64,000 bases of DNA, taken from the NCBI GenBank assembly GCA_964016885.1, contig OZ024740.1, positions 414,470,001-414,534,000 on the forward strand, written 5' to 3'. The position numbers and the translations under genes were made by a program. A model generated the notes under the pieces. The model made no database searches. It was not told the origin of the DNA and worked only from the letters and a program-made list of their open reading frames with translations. The DNA comes from Eledone cirrhosa (lineage: Eukaryota). This document shows positions 1 to 14,715 of the stretch, piece after piece. The stretch's first letter is position 1. Each line of letters starts with the position of its first letter.

Positions 1-495
1 TATTTCCCAGTCTCTTCCTTTTCTATTTTATTTTACACCTGTCCTTCACCAAAGCAACATACAATTTTAATTACAATTCTGAAATGTAAACACGGGTACT
101 TATATAGTATAGCAAACCCATAAGACTAAAAATACTTTTTTAAATACCAGAACATAAACATGCAAAATATATAGTGCACTTGAAACACACTTAAGATTGG
201 TAAACAAAGCAGTAACTGCATAACATGTTTCATACTACTAATCATCATCATCATTATCCATGGTAAGTGTGACATTTGTCAACATTGATGGATTATGATG
301 TGCAAAGCTGGTGTGCCAATTAGCATATAACATCTATAAATATTTAGAGTAGAATAGAAGTTACTGATTTATCTATAAATAAATTCTGAGCCAGGAATAT
401 GATGTGACTTTTAACATTTATTTACTCAATAAATTATTCAGTTGTATTACAAATGAACTCAAGTTAAAGTGGAAGGTTTTTCTGAAATGTCTTAC

Positions 496-613
496 CAAAT
501 GCCTGCTGAGAACCATCCGTTTTCTTTAAGACAAGAGCTACTGATGGACAGAGGCCAAGTTCCAATAGAGTTTTTGTAGCATCTTCTTTCGTGAAATCTC
601 GACGAGGAAATGG
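496..613 (-). CDS. Host gene exon: UBX domain C-half with FPR loop (PFPRRDFTKEDATKTLLELGLCPSVALVLKKTDGSQQAF)
   Basis: Acceptor tctttattatag|CCA and donor G|gtaag. Contains the diagnostic FPRR...TL.ELGL.PS UBX motif. No stop codon; the gene continues downstream of the window. This frame is not in the ORF track. Confidence 0.92.
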
Positions 614-677
614 CTATAATAAAGAAAAGACAATTCCATATGACTATCAAAGGTATCATTAAAAATGTTACTATCAC

Positions 678-1347
678 ATCATCACCACTGCCACCACCAC
701 CATCATCACCACTGCCACCACCAACACCATCACCACTGCCACCACCACCATCATCATTACTGCCACCACCACCATCATCACCACTGCCACCACCGCCATC
801 ACCACTGCCACCACCACCATCATCACCACTGCCACCACCACCATCATCACCACTGCCACCACCACCATCATCACCACTGCCACCACCGCCATCATCATCA
901 TCACTGCCACCACCACCAACATCATCACCACTGCCACCACCGCCATCATCACCACTGCCACCACCATCATCACCACCACCACCACTGCCACCAACATCAT
1001 CATCACCACTGCCACCACCACCATCATCACCACTGCCACCACCACCATCATCACCACTGCCGCCACCACCACCACCACCACCACTGCCACCAACATCATC
1101 ATCACCACTGCCACCACCATCATCACCACTGCCACCACCGCCATCATCATCATCACTGCCACCACCACCATCATCACCACTGCCACCACCACCATTATCA
1201 TCATCACTGCCACCACCACCATCATCACCACTGCCACCACCATCATCACCAGTCACCACCACCATCATCACCAATGTCACCACTGCCAACACCGCCACCA
1301 TCACCACTGTCACGACCATCATCATCATCATCATCATTATTATTATT
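678..1347. repeat. Degenerate (CCA/TCA) trinucleotide repeat with ~24-bp higher-order unit
   Basis: Repeating ccaccaccatcatcaccactg units; the source of the spurious Pro/His/Gly ORFs. Confidence 0.95.
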
Positions 1348-1357
1348 AAACTAAATT

Positions 1358-1550
1358 AAGGCGGTGGATTGGCAGTATCGGTAGAGAGTCGAACGTCATG
1401 CTTTCCAGCATAGTTACGTCCCTTAACGATCTGAGTTCAAATCCCGCCGAAGTAAACTTTGCCTTTCATCCTTACGGGATCGATAAAATAAAGTACCAGT
1501 AATGCACTGGGTAATAGCTGGCCTTGTGCCAAAAGTAGAAAATTATTATT
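1358..1550 (+). mobile_element. tRNA-derived SINE family 1 (~190 bp). Other copies: 4630-4752+, 10067-10259+, 25165-25365-, 30039-30221+, 32497-32665-, 32820-33045-, 63775-63960+
   Basis: A-box-like TGGCAGTATCGG, B-box GAGTTCAAATCC, conserved body (cctttcatcc...gataaaataaagtaccagt) and an (ATT)n tail; many near-identical copies in the window. Confidence 0.85.
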
Positions 1551-3239
1551 AAGCTAAATGTATTTAGATCAAATCCTACCACAATCCAGTCTGCTTTTTA
1601 TCCTTCTTGAGTGAATAAAAAATGCACCAGTTATATATTAGGATCAATTCAATTAACTGTGGTCCTACTTTATAAATGTCTGGCCTTCTGTCTATGTCAG
1701 AAAGAAATCATTACTTCTTTATAAGAATTAGGGTGTTAGAATGGCAGATTTGGTAATGAGGTGGAAAATGCTTCGCAATATTTAGTTACATCCTTTTACA
1801 CTTTGAGTTCAAATTTCACCAAGGATTTATCTTTCTGTCTTCTGAAACTAAGGTCAATTAAGTTGACTACATCACTTCACAGAAAATATGGCCTTATTCC
1901 AAAGTCGGAAGTCCTTTTCATAAAAATCAACAGAAACAAATAATTCCCATGCCAATACTCAGCACTTGTTTGACTTAACCTGGCAACAGGCTTAATACTA
2001 TCACCTCAACTTTATAAGGGTCTTTGGAAGTGTTCACTTTGTGGCAAACATTCAGACCAAGAGAACTCATATATCATGTTTTTGTGTTGTTTTTTCTTCT
2101 TCCTTTCCCCACCAGTATTGGACACCATGAAAAAAGTCATGGCTGCTGTCTTTTCTCTTCTGTCTAAACCTAGTTACTGACAAAATTCAGTGAAAACAAA
2201 TTCATCAACCATAGAATTCCTACAATGCCAGATTGTATATAATAATCTGAATTATTGATATTATATATCTAATGTAAGATGGTAAATTGACAGAGTTATT
2301 AGTCATCAGATAGAATGCCTTACAGTATTTGTTCTCGTTACTTACACTCTGAGTTCAAATCCTGTCAATGTCAACTTTGCTGTTCATCCCTTACAGTGTG
2401 GATAAAGAGCTGGAGAGGGGGGGGGGGTCGATTCTTCTATGTCTTTCTTTCTGTCTCTTCTTTTTCTACTTTCTCTTGGAATCAACTACATTGTGACAAG
2501 AGAGGGTTCATAGGAGATCGCTCACTCATTAATAATGGAGAAAGGTTGTGTGATGTACTAGCAATAGCTTTTCAGAAAAACTGATATGCTACTTAAACCA
2601 CCCAAAGTCAACCTGATGCGCAGTTCAGCAAGGAACAGAATGAAAAAAGGTATCTAGTCTTAGTAAATAATCTAAATTTTAAAAGTATAGGAAACAGTTT
2701 TCTTCAAACCATTCAGTTCTAGTTTAGCCAGAAAAAGGAAAAAAACTTTTCTGTAAGTATAGTTCTCACAAGTAGACTATTGCTTATGTATTTCAATCAT
2801 TTTCAATATAGTTGAAATTTTAAAGGGGTTTAGTAAAATATTGGTATGTATTATATGTTGGTGTTGACCAATTGAAATCTCATATTTATATTATGAGATT
2901 TTGATTGCGATATAAGTATGAATATTTCAGTGTAGGCAGCATCAGATGGATTAGTACTAAAAGAATCAAATTATAGAACCTTAACCCCATATCTGCAGGA
3001 TTTTCTTGTGTCGTTTTTTTTTTTACTATGGAGAGGATATTTAATCTTGTGCACATCAATGCATCTATCTGTGAGCAATAGATTACAAATGTTCAGGTAA
3101 TTACAGCCATGATTGAGCAAACTTATGACCAAAGGTGTTCCAGCTGTGACCATTCAATGTGATTTGAGTGAAATTTGGCTGCTATTTCTACAAGTTGAGT
3201 AACCACATAAAATTTCCTTTACTGGCTCATCAGTCACCT

Positions 3240-4010
3240 ATTATCATTTCCATGTTAACAATGTTCAATTATAGTTAGCACCACCCATGGATCCTTACCA
3301 AAACAGTATCTCTCCATTTGTTATATTCCTTCATGATCTCCACTATAACCCTCAGTTATTTAAGATCAGCTCTCACCAATCTTTGCCCAGGTCTTCCTTG
3401 GTTTTCCTCTATTGCTGCTACCTTCCAATGAGAACTCTTGGCACTTCTTTTACCCAATAACTATCATCTATATGCATCATATGCCATTGGCAGTGCAATC
3501 TTCTCTCTCGCATATTACAAATATTTCATCTTACACCCAGTTTTCCTCTCAGCTCATTCATGCTTCATTATTTATGCACTAACATTGCACATCCATTAGA
3601 GCATACACACTTCATTTCTCTCCACCTTCGCATATCCTCTGCATTCACAGCCCATATCTCACAATCATGCAATATTGCACATCATCCAACCTGCCTTTTA
3701 TTGTCAGCAAAGGTAGTAGTTCTCATAACATTTTCCATCCTGTTCTTATTCTAACTAATATACTTTCAGAGCATCCTTCACTACTGCTAACTAGGCCCTC
3801 CAGGTAACAGAAGTTATGAAATACTTCTATGGAGCCTTCCTGGTATTAAAAAAGTTTATTTTGCTGATGCTCTTACTACTGACTATCCATGTACATCTGT
3901 CACATACAAAGTTTACCTTTTCTGTTAGTCTGCCTGCTATACCACTATACTTCCTGTGTATCCAAGATTTACATTGTGTACATCATATAGGTAATATCAG
4001 CAGGTGGGAT
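3240..4010 (-). mobile_element. Old degenerate RTE LINE 3' remnant
   Basis: Minus strand retains decayed RTE motifs similar to the younger copies (Cys-rich finger region, FCYL, GKPRKTW-like). Confidence 0.55.
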
Positions 4011-4989
4011 AGTATTAAAAGAATTAAACTATTGAACCAAAGCCTCATAACTGCAGGAGGTTCTTTGTTTTTGTATTTTACTATGGACATAGTTGATCTT
4101 TTTACATACATCAATTCATCTATCTGTGAGGAATAGATTGCAAATCTTCAAGCCATTATTGTCGTTTATTTTGTAGTCAGCCATTTGTAGTCAGACTTAT
4201 GATCAAATGTATTCCAGCTGTGGCCATTCAGACTTATGTCAGAGATACTGTAGCTAGGTCTACATCAGCAAAGTGTCCAATACTTGTTTTAAGATGGTAG
4301 AGTGTGACTCGAGTGAAATTTGGCTGCTATTTCTACAGGTTGAGTACCCACATAGAAGTTCACTAACTCATTTGATACCTATTATCATTGTAAAGAATAT
4401 TTGTTTCACATCCATTCATTACAGCAAAGTCAGACTTTGTGAATCTATTTGATTTCTTAGAACATTATTCTTCCCTGGCAACTTGTTTTAGAATACAGAT
4501 CTTTCGATCTATTTTAAATTACAGTTCACCAAGATGACCGTTATTTTAGTATGCAGCTCTCAAATACCACACAGTACCTAAAATAGTGATGACTAATGCC
4601 ACTTTTAGAAACAAGATACCCAAGATAACCATTCTGAGTCTAAATCCCGCCGAGGTTAACTTTGTCTTTCATCCTTACGGGGGCGATAAAATAAAGTACC
4701 AGTAATGCACTGGGTAATTGCTGGCCTTGTGCCAAAACTAGAAACAATTATTTTAGTACCTAAGTACGTAGTTCTTCAAGATGACAAACATCTATTTTAG
4801 AAATATGGTCATCAACAGAACAACAATATCAACTTTCTCCATAGAAACATAGAGTTGAGTTAAGGACACCTTTACATTTCAAGTGTGCACTGACTTTTCA
4901 ATCATTAATCAGTCTCTTTAGAAAAAACATGTATTTTAAAAAATGTAAACGAACTATTAAAACAAACACAATCAAGCAGCCTCCTCTTC

Positions 4990-5196
4990 TGTGTGTGTGT
5001 GGGGGGGGGGGGGGGTCTGTGTGTGTGAGTGGGTGGGTGTCTGTGTGTATGGGTGGGTGTGTGTGTGTGAGTGGGTGGGTGTCTGTGTGTGTGTGGGGGG
5101 GTCTGTGTGTGTGTGTGTGAGTGGGCGGATGTATGTGTATATGGGTGGGTGTATGTGTGTGTGTGAGTGGATGGGTGTCTGTGTATGCGTCTGTGA
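4990..5196. repeat. Compound (GT)n/G-rich microsatellite; another at 6510-6748
   Basis: Seen directly. Confidence 0.95.
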
Positions 5197-5678
5197 GTAA
5201 TGCCCTCTAATAACATGGAGCATTGTCAGTAAAATTACTCCATAATTCAATGGTATATAAAACTGCAGATTTTGTCTAGTTGGGAAATTTAAGGTATTAA
5301 ATAAGCCAGTGATATCACTCAACCAAAGATTAGAAATATTATCTAATATCATCAATTAAGGGCTCTTCCTGAGTGAAATACAGATGCCTGAAATTCTAAA
5401 GCCTATTAGCTCAAATGTATTGTTTTCAGATCTAATGTACTATTATAGTGTAGTTATTTCTTAATGACCATATGCCGAAATTGAAGTAGTTCTCATAAAT
5501 CCTTATTCCTTACATGGTATCAGTTCAACAAGATATACCTTTCACCAACAACCAACATATTCAACCATGTGGCCTACATTGACCAATGAGGATCAGCCCA
5601 CCTGCTGCACTGTATATTGTCTAACTGAACCCACATGAACCTCAGGTGTGTGAAACTCAGAGTTACAATGAAGTAAAT

Positions 5679-5977
5679 CAGTGGTTTCCAATCTTTTTTA
5701 TACCACAGACCAGCTTCATGTCAGACATTCATTCCACAGACTGGTAGTTGCACATATGTGTTATTTAAGCGTATTTCGATAAAGAAAGCAATAATAAAAG
5801 GAGCAATTTATTAAAGTAGATGAATATTGAATATTTAAACAAATTTTTTTAAATTAAAGTCCAATATTCAATTTATCTATTATATAATTTTAAACAAATT
5901 AATTATTTCTTTACTGTCCAGTAGCAAATGATCCACAGACCAATACTGGTCCGAAGCCCGGTGATTGAGGACTTCTG
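5679..5977. mobile_element. hAT (Charlie/MER5-like) MITE
   Basis: Ends CAGTGGTTTCCAA ... TTGAGGACTTCTG (imperfect TIR); 8-bp imperfect TSD aagtaaat/gagtaaac. Confidence 0.6.
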
Positions 5978-6118
5978 GAGTAAACCACAAAATAATTCCT
6001 AATACCATCATCATCATTATTTTACATCTGATTTCCCATGCTGGCAGAGGTTGACAGGTTATTACAGAGTCAGTTAGTACTTAATTGAAGTTAATATCCT
6101 GCTAGATAGTAGCTTCTT

Positions 6119-6315
6119 TTAACCCTTTACCATTTACATTACTCTATATATACTATTGTATTTTCACATAATATCGAATCTATGAGATTTTGATATTACT
6201 TATTTTGAGAACAATAACTTAACATCACTATGAGTGGCCAGTTACAGCCGGTTTGAACAGAAAGAGGTGAGAGAATTCTGGCTGGGTACAGCCAGTTTAA
6301 ATGCTAAAGGGTTAA
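6119..6315. mobile_element. piggyBac-type MITE; further copies at 28376-28603 and 50150-50378
   Basis: TTAA TSD with CCCTTTA...TAAAGGG TIRs; three homologous copies. Confidence 0.75.
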
Positions 6316-6510
6316 GCCATGTTTTGTTTATACATATTTCTGTTTCAGCATAGTTTCTCCAGTCAGATGCCCTATCTAAAGCTGACCTCTTAATAGATTG
6401 TACAGGGAGTATTTTACTGTGGCAGCCCCTGTTAGGGAGGTTATCATGTCCTTGACATGACTGAAGAATACTTTCAACCCTTTTCAGCATCGTTTCTACT
6501 GCTGACATGA

Positions 6511-6569
<59 letters not shown>

Positions 6570-7261
6570 TGTGTGTGTGTATGTGTGTGTATGGGTGGGT
6601 GTGTGTGTGTGTGTTTAAGTGTTTGCGTGTGTATGTGTTTATGTGTATGTGTGTGTGTGTGTCTGTGTTTGTGTGTGTATGTGTGTGTCTTTGTGTGTAT
6701 ATGTGTGTGAGTGTTTAAGTGTTTATGTGTCTGTGTGTTTGTGTGTGACTTGAGTGAGTAATATATTCATCAAGATGATAGTGTTGATGATGAGGAGTTA
6801 TTAGCTGGCTTACTAACATCAACTGATCAAATCAATACATGAAAAGAAGGGTATCAGCAGCAGTAATATCTAAAGTAAAAAATCAATAACTGTGGAAGGT
6901 AGAGAGTGCAACAGACATGACAAAGATATAACACTCCACTTATGCTTGTTTAGTCACCACTGCTGCTGTTCACCTGCAGTGATGAAGGAACAAGGGAGCT
7001 TCTACATGATCACTCAACCTGCTAGAAACAGCAACCAAATCCCCCTTTACCTTTAATAACACCCTACCAACTATAAAGAAGGAGAGAAAGAACATGTTGC
7101 ATAATGAAGACATAAGGTGACTGTGTGAAAAAAAAAGACAAGAGAGGATGGTTGTGATCATAGATCTGTTGAATTAAATCTCATCTTGAGCTATAGAACA
7201 ACTGCCAGCATGCTAGAAACAGCAGCCAAATCCCCCTTTAATCACACCCTACCAACTATAA

Positions 7262-9405
7262 ATAATAATAATAATAATACTAATAATAATGAAATATTGT
7301 GTACAGTGCTCAGGTGCACTACAACTCATCAAAAAGTGTATGTATAGTACATAGGGTAATGTACAAACGTCAGGAAAATGAACAGTGCATGAGTCATGAT
7401 GTACACATGTGTGCATGTGTATGGAAGGGGTACATCAAGAGTAGTTTTGGCGTATTTCGGGAAGCATGAGTGTCTTAAAGGATGCAGTGTCTCGGCAGCT
7501 AACAACTGACGCAGGCAGTTTGTTCCATGCTTCAGCAACTCTGAGCGTGAAAAAATGTTTACGAAAGTCATGGGAGCTGTGCTGTTTTCTGATTGTGTAG
7601 GCATGTCCACGTGTGTTAGACACATGGAGATCAAAAAGGTGCTCAGGGTTGTTGTTGGCGAGATGGTTAATAACTTTGTGGGTATTTACCAAGTCCATTG
7701 CCAGACGTCGGAGCTTCAATGAATCCATGCCCAGGGAAGCAAGGCGTTCAGAGTATGGTAGGTGTCTGATGGAGGGTATGCGCTTGGTTGCACGTCTCTG
7801 AACAGTTTCCAGGCGGTCAATGTTCTGAGCAAGATAGGGGTTCCAGACTGATGATGCGAATTCCAAGTGTGGTCGTGCCATAGCTGTATACAGTTTTAAA
7901 TAGATGGCTGGAGAGCGGCTAACAAAGGTCTTGCTGAGTGATGCCAAGACACCCTCGGCCTTCTTGACAATCTTAGAGACATGCAGTGTCCAACGCAAAT
8001 TGCAGCTGACAGTAATGCCCAGGTCACGTTCACAAGAGGACTTCTTGATATCAGTGTTGTGGAGGGAGTATGTGGATGCTGGATTTTTCCTCCAAAAATG
8101 AATGGTGGTACACTTGTCCACAGCCAGCTTCAGTTGCCAGTCTGTGCTCCATTGCTGCATTGTGTCCAGGTCTGATTGAAGGAAAGAGTTGTAGATTTCA
8201 GGATCAGTCCTTTTGATTTCAAGGTACAGCTTGATGTCATCTGCATATTTCAGTACTGTGGCATTCTGTAAGTTGGCATCTATGTCATTAATATATGCCA
8301 CAAACAAAAGGGGACCAAGAACAGATCTCTGTGGTACACCAGATGACATCTCATAGGGTGAAGAATGCTGTCCTAGAACCGTGACTACCTCTTTTCGGCT
8401 GAGAATGAAGGATTTCAACCAGTCAAAAAGATCATCCCTCACACCCATTGCAGAAAGTTTTGCCATAAGTCTTTTGTGTGACACAGAATTAAAAGCCTTA
8501 GCAAAGTCAAGGTAAACAACATCCACCCATGAGCCGCTGTCAGTGATCCGGGTGATGTCTTCAAAGAACTCGATAAGCTGATCACAGCTGCTGGAGTTAG
8601 GGATAAATCCAAACTGTGAGGCCCGGATGAGGCTGTGAGAGCTCCAGAAGTTCCAAGTGTTCCTCTGACACAGGATTCCATCAGTTTGGCCATACAGCTA
8701 GTAAGACTGACTGGACGATAGTTGACAGGTGACATGTGGTTGCCCTTTTTGAACAGGGGAATGAAACTGGCATTTTTCCACTGCTCCAGAGTAGCACCAT
8801 TGTTGAGACAGTATTGAAAGAAGAAAGAAAGCTGGTGCAAAAGGAAATACCCGCCACGTTTGAGAAGCAGGTATGTAACACCATCAAGACCAGGGGAGGC
8901 ATAGTTGCGCTTATTCTTAAGGTGACGTCGCAACATTGCAGGTGTAAATTCCATAGTTGTTATGGAATTTGATGTTAGAGATGGTGGAGATGGTACATTC
9001 TGGTTTTCGACAGTAAAAATACTTGCATAGCACTCAGCAATGAGTTCTGCGCATTCTTTGGGATCGTCAGTGATCTGGTTTGTGTGGGGATTGCGAAGAG
9101 GACTAACTGGAGAGTGAGGTCTCTGCCTTCAATGAACATATTTCCAGAACACCTTACTGTCAGGATTGGTTGCTATGAACTGTTCAAATTCAAGCACTGC
9201 CTTCTTTGTCACTTGCTTGAGATGGTTAGATTTATTCCGCTTTTTTCTGTTGGCATCTGATTTATGCAGCTTATATTCCCGTTCAGCGTTCCAACGTTCT
9301 TTCCTGGCAAGTCGGACCACTGAAGTTTCCCAAATTGCACTTTTGGGTTGGTTTTTTTTCTGCTTACGTGGCACCGATGCTGCACACGCTATCCATATTG
9401 AGTCA
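7262..9405 (-). mobile_element. 5'-truncated CR1-group LINE, frameshifted
   Basis: ORFs 9129-9563, 8439-8954 and 7435-8526 carry SPGLDG, NYRPVSLTS, LDFAKAF, SGVPQ, YADD and RPHLEFASSVW; (TTA)n 3' tail at 7262-7290. Confidence 0.9.
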
Positions 9406-10320
9406 AGAAGGAGAGAAAGAACATGTTGCATAATGAAGACATAAGGTGACTGTGTGAAAAAAAAAAAAGACAAGAGAGGATGGTTGTGATCATAGATCTG
9501 TTGAATTAAATCACATCTTGAGCTATAGAACAACTGCCAGCAAAGAGTTAAAGTAGCAAACAAGCTCTGAAATCATAACATACACAGAGAATTGTCACTG
9601 ATTTCAATGTAGATAGGAGGGAATCTTGTTCACATAATCGCAGCACAAAATGCAGTAAAAACGATGCAGGTATTATTTCTATGAAGAGAGAACTAGTTAG
9701 AGGGGAGAGGATAGACATAGAGTGTTGCAATGAGGTAGAGCTTCACTACAAAAGTGCATCTTCCTCTTAGCAGTATATAGACACAACAAAGACCATTGTC
9801 AATGTCACTGACATTGAGGGTGTATAATGTCACACTAATTATTATTCCAATTGACAAAGCATGATTAATCCTTTTAATTGGTAAGATATTGATTAATTAG
9901 ATACAGATTACACTCATGTAGGTGTGTATGTATGTGTGTTTATATATATATTATATATAGATATATGTATGTGTATATATATATATATAAATAAATGTAT
10001 ATATATATGTGTGTGTCTGTGTGACGCAACACTGAATCCTTGTTCCTTATCATTATAATATATATCAAGGGCAGGGGATTGGCAGTATCGGTAGAGAGTC
10101 GGACGCCATGCTTTCCAGCATAGTTACGTCCCTTTACAGTCTGAGTTCAAATCCCGCCGAGGTTAACTTTGCCTTTCATCCTTACAGGATCGATAAAATA
10201 AAGTACCAGTAATGTACTGGGTAATTGCTGGCCTTGTGCCTAAAGTAGAAACAATTATAATATATATATATATATATATGCATATATATATATACACACA
10301 CACACATATATATATATATA

Positions 10321-10588
10321 AATTCTCAGACCGGGTGATGTGTTGTTTCCTTGAGCAAGACACTTTATTTCACGTTGCTCCAGTTTACTCAGCTGTAGAA
10401 ATGAGATTATAGGGACTGGGATCCCTATCATTCGTAGAGGTGCCACGGCAAAAAAGCACCCAGACCCACACTGTAAATGAGGTTGGTGTTAGGAAGGGCA
10501 TCCATCTGTAGAAATCAAGCCAGAATCAGTTCCCGTCCCACACTTGCAAGCAGGGAAAAGTGGACGTAAAATGAAATGATGATGATGA

Positions 10589-10591
<3 letters not shown>
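10321..10591 (+). mobile_element. SINE family 2 (tRNA head + CORE-like + RTE-derived tail), 5'-truncated copy
   Basis: Homologous to the full copy at 14716-15061; (GAT)n tail; (TA)n on both sides. Confidence 0.85.
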
Positions 10592-10645
<54 letters not shown>

Positions 10646-10921
10646 TACACTTATATACATGAATGTACACATAGATATATATAGATATATAGAAAGAGAG
10701 AGAGATGTGTATACCGACACATACGTGGTTGTGTATGATTGCGTGCACACATGGATACCTGCATGTGTATGTTTATTTACATCAATTTTATGTAATTCTA
10801 TTCCTTTTCTTTGATTGCCTAACAAGTGATTGAATAAGACTGAATCTGGAAGGTAAACCTCTTTAGATGGCGTAAATGATTTATTTAAGAATCTACATAG
10901 ATAGATACACACATATTGTAT

Positions 10922-10956
<35 letters not shown>

Positions 10957-11309
10957 CAATATATTAATAAATGGAAACTATATTTATAAAAGCATATTTA
11001 TTTTATTATACATATTTCAAGGGCAACCAAGGTAAATTATGGTGCGCTTTCATCAGATAAAATACAGATTTGGTTTATAAATAAATATTGACATAGCCGG
11101 AAAAAAAAAGACAACCTTAACGGTTGGAGCTTCCTGGATAGTGTATTTACTCCACTAACTTGTTGAGTGCTTTATATCAGTTATAACATGTTTAAGCTTG
11201 TTGAATCCCAACAAATTAAATATAACCTCTGCATATATATATATATATTTTTGTTTTCTTTGTTTGTGTCTGCTGTAATTCCTTTATTGATTAACTAATT
11301 ATGTAATAT

Positions 11310-11369
11310 ACACCTGATGATGTCAAAAGAATCTTACATAAGCAGGCCATTGAAATATATATATAGTGT
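11310..11369 (+). ncRNA. Type I hammerhead ribozyme motif in a PLE-like remnant
   Basis: acac-CTGATGA-(weak stem II)-GAAA-tatatata-TA-gtgt; stem I acac/gtgt; palindromic stem III. Confidence 0.6.
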
Positions 11370-11466
11370 TTTTGCAATAATAAAACTTTAAAGGAACTTC
11401 ACCAATCCAGCCTCCTGTTATTTCAATTAATCAAATTATATATATATACATATATATATATATGCA

Positions 11467-11795
11467 TTTCATTTTACGTCCACTTTTCCCTGCTTGCAAG
11501 GGTGGGATGGGAACTGATTCTGGCTTGATTTCTACAGCTGGATGCCCTTCCTAACACCAACCTCATTTACAGTGTGGGTCTGGGTGCTTTTTTGCCGTGG
11601 CACCTCCACGACCACTTTGCAGTGGAATGATAGGGACTGGGGTCCCTATCATCTCATTTCTACAGCTGAGTAAACTGGAGCAATGTGAAATAAAGTGTCT
11701 TGCTCAAGGAAACAACACATCACCCGGTCTGAGAATTGAACTCACAACCTTTCGATTGCAAGGCCAATGCTCTAACCACTAAGCCATGTGCCTCC
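11467..11795 (-). mobile_element. SINE family 2, full copy (partial copy at 12147-12278, another full copy at 33818-34152, both minus)
   Basis: Reverse complement of 14716-15061. Confidence 0.88.
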
Positions 11796-11813
11796 ATATA
11801 TATATATATATAT

Positions 11814-11972
11814 GGTGTTAGGAAGGGCATCCAGCTATAGAAATCAAGCCAGAATCAGTTCCTGTATGAGCAATACAAGGTGAGCCAACCGGACACTGCC
11901 CACATCAGGACAACCCGTCTAACCCATGCTAGCATGGAAGAATGAATGTAAAACGGTGATGATGATGATGAT
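11814..11972 (+). mobile_element. Short 3'-end fragment of an RTE-C-type 3' UTR
   Basis: Matches the reverse complement of 45267-45425 (aatcaagccag...cctgtatgagcaa...cccgtctaacccatgctagc...(GAT)n). Confidence 0.75.
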
Positions 11973-12276
11973 ATATATATTGTTTAGAAAATGTAAGAGA
12001 AACACAAACATAAGGACAATTATATATGTAGATATATTTCTATAAGAAATATGTATCTTTACTAATGTATTGAAGTATTTAACCTCTTACTTAACTTTGA
12101 ATTCTTCCTGACCCAATTTCGAAAACTGTTCTTAATATATATATCTATAGCTGAGGAAACTGGTGCAATGTGAAATAAAGTGTCTTGCTCAAGGAAACAA
12201 CACATCACCCGGTCTGAGAATTGAACTCACAACCTTTCGATTGCAAGGCCAATGCTCTAACCACCAAGCCATGTGC

Positions 12277-12438
<162 letters not shown>

Positions 12439-13155
12439 AGATTTGAATGGATACAGTTTAGTTGAAAGGAATTTATTGACACGTGTTTCTATAACAGTTA
12501 CATAACCTAAAACAGCTATCTACAAACTTTTAGTTATGCAGACATTCAATATTTCAATGTTATTATTTACTGTCATTTCATCAGAATAATATTACTGAGG
12601 ACCTATTTAGTTTTTATAGAGAATATTAGGAGGGAGGGGTGAAGTGTTAGAAGAATAGTTGAAGGAGTGGTTTTTCGATAGCAGTGAGAATTCTTGGTGG
12701 CAGTGAGTAATTAGATTCCCATCTGTTGTTTTGAAATTTTTTATAGAATATATTATTGGTTATTTTTCTAAATCTATAGAAGGATTAGAGATAGTAAAGA
12801 TATGCGTGGTTGGTTTTGTGTTTGCACTTAATTAACATTCAGACTTAAATTTTTCTTTTGAGTGTACGTATCCTTTCACCCACGCATTCACACACAAATA
12901 TATTTGCACACCTCTACAAAATACATATACTCACAATTCACATATTCATACTTACATATATATACACATGCATACACATATATATACACACATGTATTCA
13001 TGTACATACATACGCGCTCATGTGTATACATTTTCATACTCAACTTATCTTTATATACACACGTATAGACACACACATATATACATACATACTCTAGTCC
13101 ATGTGTACACACATACACATACATACACATCCATATACACATACATACATACACA

Positions 13156-13225
<70 letters not shown>

Positions 13226-13507
13226 TACACACATATACATATACACACACACATATATATATATATAAGCACTTTAATACATGAATACACTTACATCTAA
13301 CTATACACATCAAACATATATATATATTTACTTATTTATATACATTTTCACATATATATACATACTTATGGACGTTTTTAGACACATTCATTATCGCATA
13401 TTTGTACCTATTCTCATCAGCATATCTTTTCATTATTAGTATGGTAATTTAAGGTTATTAATATATGTTGAGAAGAGATTGTTTTTATATTTTTCTAACT
13501 AGATTAA

Positions 13508-13560
<53 letters not shown>

Positions 13561-13564
<4 letters not shown>

Positions 13565-14696
13565 TCATCATCATCAACGTTTAACGTCCGTGTTCCACAT
13601 TTGCATGGGTTTTGACGGGGGTTTTCCCACATGAGGCAAGAGTGATTGTCTTGCTCGCATAGGACTGTCTGGCAGGTTTTCTACAGTTGGATGCCCTTCC
13701 TAACACCAACCACATTTACAGTGTGGGTCTGGGAGGTTTTTACCGTGTTGCCTACACGGCCACATTACAGCGTGGACTGTGTGTTTTTTTGTCGTGACAC
13801 CTACACGATCTCATTTGTTTCGGCCTGGATGGTGTGGCACCAACATAACTTTACATAGAAGGGGGCGGTGTGGATGGGGTGGGGGTGGTGGGACGGAGGG
13901 GTATTTTGTTAGAGATGCCTACTGACTGTAGTAGGTTTTACTATGTATTTAGGTAAGGCGGGTCTTCTCTATTACTGAGTACCGCCAAAGGTCTCGGTCC
14001 AGTGACATTGTCTTGGAGAGGTGTAAGTGTGTGAGGTCGGAGTTTATCAGCTCGTCCCAGGTTTTTCTAGGTCTGCCTATTCCGTGGCTACCGTCTATCT
14101 TTATTGCCCTGCACTTTGTTATACAGCTATCGACTTTCATGTGCATCACGTGTCCATACCAACGTAGCCTTCTCTCGAGTAAACAACATCTGATCCCTCT
14201 TATTTCTAATTTTTTCCTTAGTTCGTTTATGCTTTGCCGTTCACGTATATTATTATTACACATCCAGCGGAGCATGCAAGCTTCGTTCCTCTCTAGTTTG
14301 CGTATATCCTCTGCACACAATGCCCAGGTCTCAATGCCATGCAACATTGCTGTTCGTATGCAGGCATCATACAACCTGCCTTTCATTTTTAGGGAGAACC
14401 CTTTAGCGGCTAATAGTGGTATAAGCTCTCTGAACTTTTTCCATCCAGTTCTGACTCTAGCAACTGTACTTTCAGAGCACCCTCCCCCACTGCTGATTTT
14501 GTCACCCAGGTAATGGAAGCTGTCCACTATTTCTATAGAGCCCTCTGCGCAGTTGAAAGAGCTAGTATTTTGTGGGCACTTGCTGCTACTTATTGCACCA
14601 GAACACCGGCCACATGTGAAATCTATGTTCTTAGTTAGCTTACCTGTGATCCCACTACATCTTTTATGCACCCATACTTTGCATTTCTGACACAAA
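13561..14696 (-). mobile_element. RTE-A LINE, 3' fragment
   Basis: ORF 13949-14776 is near-identical to the C-terminus of the other RTE-A copies; 3' UTR and (GAT)n tail present; (TA)n on both sides. Confidence 0.93.
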
Positions 14697-14715
14697 ATAT
14701 ATATATATATATATA

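Noticed and set aside
492-1359. Extensin-like, His-rich and Gly-rich ORFs
   Set aside because: Translations of an intronic trinucleotide repeat, open in several frames on both strands. The real exon (496-613) uses another frame.
7020-9542. Apparent 130-bp target-site duplication around the CR1
   Set aside because: It is a ~190-bp tandem duplication (7020-7210 and 7211-7262 + 9407-9542) whose second copy was split by the CR1.
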